From positions 1 through 33,011 of the IMG/VR virus record IMGVR_UViG_3300037439_000120: a stretch of DNA of 33,011 bases; one strand, given 5' to 3'. Origin of the DNA: a virus. Taxonomy: Duplodnaviria; Caudoviricetes. Shown here in pieces: positions 1 to 6,766 of this stretch (position 1 is its first letter; each line of letters opens with the position of its first letter). The position numbers were made by a program, and so were the translations under genes. The notes below the pieces were generated by a model that saw nothing but the letters and a program-made list of their open reading frames with translations, was not told where the DNA came from and made no database searches.

Positions 1-2
1 CG

Positions 3-176
3 CTCGACATTCCAGCGGAAGAGCTGATGGGAATGGCCATGCCACGCCAACGGCGGCAACGGCGCTCGCTAAAGATTCTTCGGCACGCGGAACGCATGCA
101 GATGCTCACCAAGACGCAGCAGCTGTTCGTGGTAAAAATTATCGACGCCCTCTTGGTCGCGAAAACGCGCCAATGA
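3..176 (+). CDS. XRE-family HTH transcriptional regulator, C-terminal part (5' truncated by window edge)
   Basis: Manual translation of frame 3: LDIPAEELMG...ERMQMLTKTQQLFVVKIIDALLVAKTRQ*. The L(D/G)xxxEELxG end of an XRE HTH is followed by a typical helical tail. Not in the ORF track. Confidence 0.55.
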   Translation, partial: LDIPAEELMGMAMPRQRRQRRSLKILRHAERMQMLTKTQQLFVVKIIDALLVAKTRQ

Positions 177-208
177 CGCGGGGTGGCCGGGGCAAGGATG
201 AGGATGTC

Positions 209-532
209 TCACCAGTAGTAGACATGCGGCTTTCGAAAGTCAGGCCAAACGATGCCATCGGGATCAATGGCGCCCTTTTCGACAAGGCGACAAAGGCGAC
301 TGGACTTCGTGCGAGCCGGCTGAATGGTGTACTCGTGAGTCCACCAGCCGGGCTCCTGCATGCAGCAGCGGGAGACGTTGTTCCAGGCTTTGATGCTGGG
401 TGGAATCTCAATCAGCTCGCCGCGGATCATCCATGACCAGCCGTTGAGTTTGGCGAAGTGGACAATCTCAAGAATATGGCGGTGACGCGCCTTATTGACG
501 GCCGCGTAGTGGCGACGAATCGAACGTTTCAT
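209..532 (-). CDS. hypothetical protein (basic N-terminus, Trp-rich, ends KPHVYYW)
   Basis: ORF 209..544; the ATG at 532 has GGAG 6 nt upstream. Protein-like composition. Confidence 0.6.
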   Translation of the reverse strand: MKRSIRRHYAAVNKARHRHILEIVHFAKLNGWSWMIRGELIEIPPSIKAWNNVSRCCMQEPGWWTHEYTIQPARTKSSRLCRLVEKGAIDPDGIVWPDFRKPHVYYW

Positions 533-635
533 GAAGTGCTCCAATTGAGAGGATCACGTCATGGGAATCTCCTAAAGTTCCGGGCGATAACTTTAGCATG
601 AAATCCGCCTTAGCTCTCCGCCTGCGCCAACAGAC

Positions 636-836
636 TTAGGCGCCTTCCGCCAACTGCCGCGCCCTCTCCGCCGCTGAGGCGTCACGAATCGCGTCCGCAT
701 TTGCCCGCAACGCATCCAGCTCCTCATTCGTGATCGGCGTGCCACGGGCGCGAGAGTCGCTCAGCAGTTGACCATAGGCCCCGGCCTGCTTCAGCGCCTC
801 CAACATCAACGCAATCACCAGTGCTTCGGTACTCAT
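636..836 (-). CDS. small helical protein, last gene of lysis cassette
   Basis: 66-aa ORF coupled by an ATGA overlap to the upstream lipoprotein gene. Confidence 0.65.
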   Translation of the reverse strand: MSTEALVIALMLEALKQAGAYGQLLSDSRARGTPITNEELDALRANADAIRDASAAERARQLAEGA

Positions 837-1171
837 TTGCGACCCTCAAGGTATTGCTGCAGGCCAGTTAGGATTTCGATCGATAGCTGTAGCCGGGTAT
901 TGGCGTTGGCCGGGTCTACGGACTCCAGACTGCGCGCAATCTCAATCCCCGCCCGCGCGTTGTCGGCGGTTTGGTTCACGTTCGCGTTGTCGGCCGGCGT
1001 GATCTTTCGCGCCTGCAGCAGCGTCAGACCGGTCTGCCGAACAGCAGCTTCGGTGACGTAGGCGGCGGCGATGCGCTCGCGGAGAGTTTGGGGTTGCGGG
1101 ACGCCCAAGATGCCGCAACCGGCGAGCAGGATGAGCAGCAGCGGGAGGGATAGATTTCGAAGGCGCTTCAT
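833..1171 (-). CDS. lipoprotein, possible spanin component
   Basis: Start at 1171: MKRLRNLSLPLLLILLAGC is a signal peptide with lipobox LAGC, followed by a helical body. ATGA overlap with the upstream gene; lies in the lysis cassette. Confidence 0.7.
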   Translation of the reverse strand: MKRLRNLSLPLLLILLAGCGILGVPQPQTLRERIAAAYVTEAAVRQTGLTLLQARKITPADNANVNQTADNARAGIEIARSLESVDPANANTRLQLSIEILTGLQQYLEGRK

Positions 1172-1356
1172 GGGTTCAGTGCTCCAATGTTTCCGCCCTG
1201 GACATAGGACAGAAGCCACAACAACAGGACGACTCCAACGACGATGTAGATGACGGTTTTCACAATGCCTGGAATGCCGGGTATCTGGCCCACGCCCCAC
1301 AAAATTAGCCCGACGATGCACAGGACGATGAATAACACGAGAAGGGTGGAAATCAT
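1168..1356 (-). CDS. small two-TM membrane protein
   Basis: 62 aa with two hydrophobic helices separated by IPGIPG; overlapping start/stop with both neighbours. Confidence 0.75.
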   Translation of the reverse strand: MISTLLVLFIVLCIVGLILWGVGQIPGIPGIVKTVIYIVVGVVLLLWLLSYVQGGNIGALNP

Positions 1357-1730
1357 GGCGATGGCTCCTTCGTGGACATAGTTGCGGTCTGCTGAGGCGC
1401 TGGCGTTTTAGTCGGGTCGGCGCCGAGCATGGGGGGATTCTCCGCATTCTGTTTGGCGGCGCCGCTGGCGGTGTACGTCAGTGGAGCGATTGCGGAATTC
1501 TTCCGGCTCGCCAAGCTCCACAGCGCGAGCGCGGCCGCAACGATCTGCAGACCGTCGGCGATGAAACCCTGAACCGCCTCCTCATCGATGCCAATCTCTG
1601 GATTGAAGTATTTGGCGACGCGGAAGCCAAGCGATACGATCTGCGTCAGCACCGCACCCGCGCCCTTGATGAATACGTCGGACTTGTAGATTGGCGCGGC
1701 TGGAAGCAAAGGCTGCTGTTCGTTTGCCAT
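1353..1730 (-). CDS. holin-like membrane protein
   Basis: 125 aa with two moderately hydrophobic segments; GGAG upstream of the ATG; downstream of the endolysin. Confidence 0.55.
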   Translation of the reverse strand: MANEQQPLLPAAPIYKSDVFIKGAGAVLTQIVSLGFRVAKYFNPEIGIDEEAVQGFIADGLQIVAAALALWSLASRKNSAIAPLTYTASGAAKQNAENPPMLGADPTKTPAPQQTATMSTKEPSP

Positions 1731-1765
1731 GTGTTCTCCGGGTTATGGATGTAGAATCAATCCCG

Positions 1766-1890
1766 AGTGAGCGGCGTTGAAAGCAGAAACGCTAGATGTC
1801 CGTGGAACACGGCATAGGCGGTAAGTGCCCCAAAAACCCTTGAGACGCGACATGAGGCGCATAGCCGGAGTAGCGACCGGCCTCACTTCA
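1766..1890 (+). ncRNA. tRNA-shaped structured RNA of unknown family
   Basis: Acceptor-like stem AGTGAG(1766-71)/CTCACT(1882-87); D-like arm GCGTT/AACGC two nt after it; T-like arm GCCGG-AGTAGCGA-CCGGC abutting the 3' strand; inner hairpin CCGTG-GAA-CACGG; TAGAAT -10-like box at 1752-57. Confidence 0.5.
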
Positions 1891-2008
1891 CTGATTCTCA
1901 GTTCGATGGTCATGTATGATCACCTCGCCGGATCGTCAACTGCGCCTAGCCAGCGCCAAGCGTGGACCGGGAAGACCGTAACGACAAACTTGGGGACGGC
2001 TGATTCTC

Positions 2009-2035
2009 GGGCGGCTGCTTGCTTGGCAGTCGCTC
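2009..2035 (+). terminator. GC-rich hairpin, possible terminator or processing stem
   Basis: GGGCGGCTGC-7 nt-GCAGTCGCTC, 10 bp. Its two G-U pairs form only on the + strand transcript. The U tail is weak. Confidence 0.4.
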
Positions 2036-2039
2036 ATTC

Positions 2040-2414
2040 CTAGTAGGACCACAGCGTCGGCCGAGGCTGCCCAGGCGCGTTCGGCAAGTTATCCAAGTGG
2101 ATAAACCGCGAGCCGCCTTTCTGATTGATGCCGATGCCGGTGAACCTCATGAGCAGCGCGGTTTGCAGCACTTCGTAAGCACGTGTATGTGACACGGCGA
2201 TGTCGGCGGCGCGTCCCGTGGTATGCGGACCGGTGCGCCCGGTGCTGGAAACCTTGGCGTTATGCTCCGGACATCGGTAACCGGACGTGATGACCAGCGG
2301 GAATCCAAGGCGATGGCGTAGGTCGTCCAGTTCGGTGACGAACATGTCATCGATGAGATTCTCGCCGCAGTGCTTACAGGCGAATTCATCACGAGAAAAG
2401 TGCCGCCACGTCAT
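2040..2414 (-). CDS. endolysin, peptidase M15 family (Zn D-Ala-D-Ala carboxypeptidase-like)
   Basis: Motifs FSRDEFACKHCG, SGYRCPEHN, H-TTGRAAD and FIHLD; flanked by membrane genes. Confidence 0.9.
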   Translation of the reverse strand: MTWRHFSRDEFACKHCGENLIDDMFVTELDDLRHRLGFPLVITSGYRCPEHNAKVSSTGRTGPHTTGRAADIAVSHTRAYEVLQTALLMRFTGIGINQKGGSRFIHLDNLPNAPGQPRPTLWSY

Positions 2415-2478
2415 TGCTCACCCCGATGCGTCCAGCCGAAAACGCACAAAGCCAGGAATAAAGTCACCAGCGTTGCGC

Positions 2479-2727
2479 TCATTTTTCATCCGCTCCCAAT
2501 TTTGCGTACAACTTCGTTATCGCCTTCGAATAGCGATGCAGCTGGCCGATGATGCCGGTCTCGTGGTTGCCGATTTCCCTGCGAATGTCGGTGACGATTT
2601 GCTTGATCACGGCCATATCCTCGCCGACGCCTTTGCAGTGCATGACGTGGTGCCAGACCAGCGCGAATAGGATGCCGATGAGACTGAAAGCGCCGGCGAA
2701 CAGCCAGAGCTGAATCGCCGGGTCCAT
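2479..2727 (-). CDS. single-TM holin-like protein with coiled-coil tail
   Basis: 82 aa, N-terminal TM (LWLFAGAFSLIGILFALVW), directly upstream of the endolysin. Confidence 0.6.
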   Translation of the reverse strand: MDPAIQLWLFAGAFSLIGILFALVWHHVMHCKGVGEDMAVIKQIVTDIRREIGNHETGIIGQLHRYSKAITKLYAKLGADEK

Positions 2728-2924
2728 CAGTCCTCGTCGTCCTGATCCATCTTGTCGAGCAGGCGTTCGACCTGCCGAACCTTCTTGACGCGCTCTTCCA
2801 GCGTGGTTCCATGGACAAATTCCAGTTCGATCCTGGCCTCGAAAACACCAGACACCGCTGTCACGCTCCCGCCGTTGGGATCTTTGAGACGGCTGATGAT
2901 GATGTGCCCGCTCTTATGGCTCAC
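2727..2924 (-). CDS. hypothetical protein
   Basis: 65-aa ORF with start/stop overlaps to both neighbours. Confidence 0.55.
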   Translation of the reverse strand: MSHKSGHIIISRLKDPNGGSVTAVSGVFEARIELEFVHGTTLEERVKKVRQVERLLDKMDQDDED

Positions 2925-3178
2925 GGTTTGTCTCCTGGTTGATGCTTCGGAATCTTCGCAATCTCAAGACGGATGTTCATTTCGTCGGTTTCCAGGCGCT
3001 GCAGGCGCACCTCGCGCTCCGTCTCTCGGTAGGAGATAATCATCCACACCGACATGACGATACCGGCCCCCACCATGGCGGCCATTACGACAACGAGCCC
3101 GACGACCCAAGCCGCAACCTTACCGACGCTCTTGTCGATCGTTAGCGTTAGGCTGATTGGCCCGTCTTGCTTGCTCAA
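2921..3178 (-). CDS. single-TM membrane protein (start uncertain, TTG at 3178 proposed)
   Basis: ORF 2921..3301 has a TM (VAAWVVGLVVVMAAMVGAGIVMSVWMII) followed by a charged helix. Its 5' part overlaps the upstream gene. Confidence 0.55.
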   Translation of the reverse strand: MSKQDGPISLTLTIDKSVGKVAAWVVGLVVVMAAMVGAGIVMSVWMIISYRETEREVRLQRLETDEMNIRLEIAKIPKHQPGDKP

Positions 3179-3491
3179 TTGCGGTAACGCGACTATCGAG
3201 TCCGCGCAGTTCGGTGTCGTGCCGCGCGTCCGCGTTATCGTGCCGGGTGTCTGAGGATTCAAGCCTGGTGATGTCTCGGTCATTTTGCTTCTGCCTCTCA
3301 CTGAGGGTTACCCGTAGCTCGGTGATGTCGCTGGACATGCTCCAGGTCACCCCGATCAGGGCCACTATGCCAGCCAGAATCAGACCTTGCAGTAATTGCA
3401 TGAGCCACTGCCGGCCATGTCCGTTGCCTCCGCTGATTGCGGTCATCTGTCCACCGTAGGGGTCAAAGTCATCGGGGAGCTGCTTGTCCAT
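3120..3491 (-). CDS. TM plus coiled-coil protein (holin/antiholin or inner-spanin-like)
   Basis: 123 aa, TM LLQGLILAGIVALIGVTW then a heptad-rich region; first gene after the tailspike. Confidence 0.65.
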   Translation of the reverse strand: MDKQLPDDFDPYGGQMTAISGGNGHGRQWLMQLLQGLILAGIVALIGVTWSMSSDITELRVTLSERQKQNDRDITRLESSDTRHDNADARHDTELRGLDSRVTAIEQARRANQPNANDRQERR

Positions 3492-3509
3492 GCGAATTAA
3501 GCCGCCTCG

Positions 3510-5189
3510 TCATGTCAGCTTCGTGGCCGTTATCACGCCCCGGTAACCGAGATTTCCCGCGCCTGAGAAATCAGCCCACCCGCGCAGGTACATAGTCACA
3601 TCACCCCCAGTGGTGTTTTCGTATGTCCTGAAGCAATTCAGTCGTTGATCCATCTGCCCACCGATGGGAGCGTACATAGCTTCGGCCGCCCCGGGCGCAA
3701 AATCGACGTCGAGAGTAATCAACCTTCCCGATGAGGCTGCATTTGTCGTCAGCGCGCAGGCGGCACCAATCATCCCTGTCGCGGTGCTCGTTAGCGTCTG
3801 CATTGTCGCGTTGATCATCCATGTTCCCGGCGGCAGCACAACAGATGCCACCGTGAAACTGCCTGCCATTGTGGAAGTGACCTGCGACCCACTGTCCGCC
3901 GTTACAACGCGTCCAGCGAATGGCACGGCTTGCTCGATTATTCCGGCGTTGCCGAAAATATGAACTCTTGAGCTGCCATCAATGCCACTTATCGTGCGAC
4001 CGATGCCGATGCAGTTAGATATAGTCAGTCCCTGAGACCCGGACGCTGGGTTAAAGGTGAGGAAGCGCGTGTCGGGATTGGTGAAGTTTTCTTGATAGAC
4101 GCTGTTGAATGTGAGGTTTCTGTTCACGTTCCCCGTGATCAAAATACCCCACGTATCTTCTAGAATGACGCCATCGAAAAGAATGCTTACACCGTTCTCG
4201 ATGCGCGCGCCGAAGCCGTTTTGTGTAGAAGAAAATGTTGAATTGCCGCTTACGCTGACCGTCGTGCACGGGTACACGCCCTGAGCTAAGTTCAAACCGT
4301 GTCGGCGAGCAACCTGCCCGCTGAAATTTCGTATAGAACTGTACGCGCCGCCTTCCCAGTAAATCGTGTCGCGTTTCGCGAATTTACCCGCCACGTTGTC
4401 AATGTGTATGTCGAAACATAAGTTGGTCGGGCTTACAAAGTGAAAAAGATCGCCTACTCCCAGCACCGCCACATTAGAACCGCCGTGGATGTAGAAGTCT
4501 CTAAAGTGCGAATTGCCTTCGGACAGGATGCAGTGTACGTCTGCAGATGGGTCGCACTTTAGATGCGGAATTGAATCTGGCAGTGTGTATCCATTGCCTG
4601 CGGTACCTTGCACAGCGATGCCCGTGAAGTCCAAGGTGTTTGAGAACAGCCACGTTTCAGGTTCAAGTTGCAGCGTAAACGCGTTCGCTCGGCAGAAATC
4701 AGCCAGCGTATTGAGGATGGTCGTGCAGTCTGTTGTACCGGGAACGGCATTGTTGAAATAGCGGGAGGGCCGGACTAACCCGCCTGTGGCTTCGTGACTT
4801 GGGACGGCGTAGTCCGTCGGCGTCAAGGCCGCGGCGATCTCGGCGCCGGTGCGTTTGTAAGGACCTGACAGCGCAAGGTACGCATCAAAGATCGCCTGCG
4901 TTAGCAGCAGATCGTTGGCCGGGTCAATAGCCGGGTAAATCTCGACATCAGCCGCGTCGGTGAACGTGACTCGGTATTGAATGTCCGGGTCGAGATAAAT
5001 TGCGGGCAATCTGCCAGCCGCATCGGCAACGACAGGATTGGTGTGCGGCGTCGTGAGCGCTGAGTCTTGATAGCTATTGGTCGGCGTCGATGTCGTGGTG
5101 AGGAAGAATCCAACCTTGGCCCCGGCGACAAGCGTCAGGTTGTTACTGATCGCTGTCGGTCGCGGTAGGTGGAACAGTTGGTGTGCCAT
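3510..5189 (-). CDS. tailspike / receptor-binding protein with particle-binding N-terminus and probable beta-helix
   Basis: N-terminus GAKVGFFLTTTSTPTNSYQD...NPVVADAAGR...IYLDP resembles the P22-like head-binding domain. Then a GTTDCT..L motif and a G/N/I-rich region typical of parallel beta-helix depolymerases. Confidence 0.8.
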   Translation of the reverse strand: MAHQLFHLPRPTAISNNLTLVAGAKVGFFLTTTSTPTNSYQDSALTTPHTNPVVADAAGRLPAIYLDPDIQYRVTFTDAADVEIYPAIDPANDLLLTQAIFDAYLALSGPYKRTGAEIAAALTPTDYAVPSHEATGGLVRPSRYFNNAVPGTTDCTTILNTLADFCRANAFTLQLEPETWLFSNTLDFTGIAVQGTAGNGYTLPDSIPHLKCDPSADVHCILSEGNSHFRDFYIHGGSNVAVLGVGDLFHFVSPTNLCFDIHIDNVAGKFAKRDTIYWEGGAYSSIRNFSGQVARRHGLNLAQGVYPCTTVSVSGNSTFSSTQNGFGARIENGVSILFDGVILEDTWGILITGNVNRNLTFNSVYQENFTNPDTRFLTFNPASGSQGLTISNCIGIGRTISGIDGSSRVHIFGNAGIIEQAVPFAGRVVTADSGSQVTSTMAGSFTVASVVLPPGTWMINATMQTLTSTATGMIGAACALTTNAASSGRLITLDVDFAPGAAEAMYAPIGGQMDQRLNCFRTYENTTGGDVTMYLRGWADFSGAGNLGYRGVITATKLT

Positions 5190-6103
5190 TAGTCGAGCAC
5201 CGTCATGAATACGAAGCGATTCGGCAGACCCTTTGTGCCTGAGTTCGTAAAGGCATCCGCTCCATCTATCCCGAGGCCAAAGCTCATGACACCAGAGGTA
5301 TTCAGCGTCGCCTTCGCTCCCCTGGAGACACCGTTGTCAGTGACGTAGACAAAACAAAAGGCGGAATCGCCCGTTTTCGGACGATACCCGGAAGGGATAC
5401 CGGTGATTGACATTGCGGTCGTGTTTGACGTTCCGGTGAGCACACCAACATCAATGCTGATGATGATCAGTTCTGCGCCAGTACCCACCCCGATTTTCTG
5501 GCAGTCGACATTTCTAGTCGGCGAGGTGGTACATCCGGTCAACGTGACCTCGGCTGTCGTGCTGTCCCTGCTCAGCACCGTCTTGGAGTTGTTCTGCAGC
5601 ACGTCGGCCGCAAAGTTCACCGCCGTTATCGTCGTCCCGCTTCGAGTGAATGTGGCTATCGTCGTCGCCACGCTCTCCGCATCATTCAACAGGTCAATCG
5701 TTAGCTGCTGAGAGTTGACGCGTAGCCTCCACTTCTGATTACCGGCAGCTGCATCGGTTTCCTCGAAAATGAGTTCCGGCGCAGCCGACTTCAGCCTGTA
5801 TGTCTGTCCAGCATTTTGATTCGACGGGTAATCGTCGATAGGATAGCCGGGCTGCGTCACGTCGGCCGAGTCGGCCAGGATGACGCGGTAGCTGGGAAGT
5901 GAGGGGTCAAGGTAGATGGCGTTAACCGCGCCAGCACCATCGGCGACCACTGGATTCGCATGCGGAACCGTTAGCGCAATGTCTTGATACGTGGGCTGTG
6001 GCGTGCTTGTGCCAGACTGATAGAAGTAAATCCTTGCTCCTGGCAAAATCTGATTTGTCGCCGACAATGCAACAATCTTTGGAAGAGTAAATAGGGCTGG
6101 CAT
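5189..6103 (-). CDS. second tail fibre/spike protein
   Basis: ATG at 6103 (MPALFTLPK). The N-terminus GARIYFYQSGTSTPQPTYQD...NPVVADGAG...IYLDP is homologous to 3510..5189; the C-terminal domain resembles 11682..12110. Confidence 0.8.
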   Translation of the reverse strand: MPALFTLPKIVALSATNQILPGARIYFYQSGTSTPQPTYQDIALTVPHANPVVADGAGAVNAIYLDPSLPSYRVILADSADVTQPGYPIDDYPSNQNAGQTYRLKSAAPELIFEETDAAAGNQKWRLRVNSQQLTIDLLNDAESVATTIATFTRSGTTITAVNFAADVLQNNSKTVLSRDSTTAEVTLTGCTTSPTRNVDCQKIGVGTGAELIIISIDVGVLTGTSNTTAMSITGIPSGYRPKTGDSAFCFVYVTDNGVSRGAKATLNTSGVMSFGLGIDGADAFTNSGTKGLPNRFVFMTVLD

Positions 6104-6578
6104 GGCTATTAAGGACAAAAACCGTTTAGCGCTTTATAAGACATGGCACGCAATGATTTCTCGCTGCCACAACCCTGACGATCAGTCATACAAGTGGTAC
6201 GGCTACAGAGGGATCTCGGTGTGTCGGCGGTGGCGGTCATCATTTGATGCATTCGTTACAGATGTTGGGAATCGTCCTACCGGGATGCAGCTTGATCGGC
6301 GAGAAAACGATGGCAACTACGAGCCGGACAACTGTCGTTGGGCGACAATCTCCGAACAGCAAAGCAACAAGCGAAAATGGGCCTTTAGAAAGACTCATTG
6401 CGATCATGGTCATGAGTTAACGCCAGAGAACTCCGCCTACTTCACCGAAGGATCGCGAACGAGGCGCCGCTGCAAAATATGCGCAAGCATTTCTAGCCAC
6501 GCCCTCTATTTAAAAAAACACGGAGCCTTAAAGCAGCCAAAAAAGACCGCCCTTCACAACATGCATGGCGGTGCGTAA
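6102..6578 (+). CDS. free-standing HNH homing endonuclease (antisense to the late operon)
   Basis: W..M..RC.NP....YKWYGYRGISVC.RW..SF..F..D.G.RP....LDR..NDGNYEPDNCRWAT..EQ..N, plus a C-terminal THCxxGH...CxxC zinc motif. Confidence 0.9.
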   Translation: MAIKDKNRLALYKTWHAMISRCHNPDDQSYKWYGYRGISVCRRWRSSFDAFVTDVGNRPTGMQLDRRENDGNYEPDNCRWATISEQQSNKRKWAFRKTHCDHGHELTPENSAYFTEGSRTRRRCKICASISSHALYLKKHGALKQPKKTALHNMHGGA

Positions 6579-6580
6579 TC

Positions 6581-6766
6581 GTGAAAAAAGCTGGCATTCA
6601 AAACACCATTACAGCCGCCATCGTTGCGGCATTCACCGTCGGCCTACGCAACATCTGGTCAAGCCATTTTCGCGGCAACCTGCTTGGCTTCTTTGGCCTG
6701 TGCACGTTAATAGTCATCGGCTGCTTTCTCATCCGCTACGCCTGCAGCTATCGCAGAGGCCCCTAA
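6581..6766 (+). CDS. small two-TM membrane protein
   Basis: 61 aa, two hydrophobic segments, GTG start 2 nt after the HNH stop; 3' overlap with the ejection gene. Confidence 0.45.
   Translation: MKKAGIQNTITAAIVAAFTVGLRNIWSSHFRGNLLGFFGLCTLIVIGCFLIRYACSYRRGP

Noticed and set aside
1927-2000. Riboswitch (ZTP or c-di-GMP-like) reading of the second structured unit
   Set aside because: Only superficial similarity; consensus elements are incomplete and there is no downstream + strand gene.
1825-2043. 72-aa + strand ORF
   Set aside because: No SD or motif; it overlaps the structured RNA-like elements, which explain the region better.
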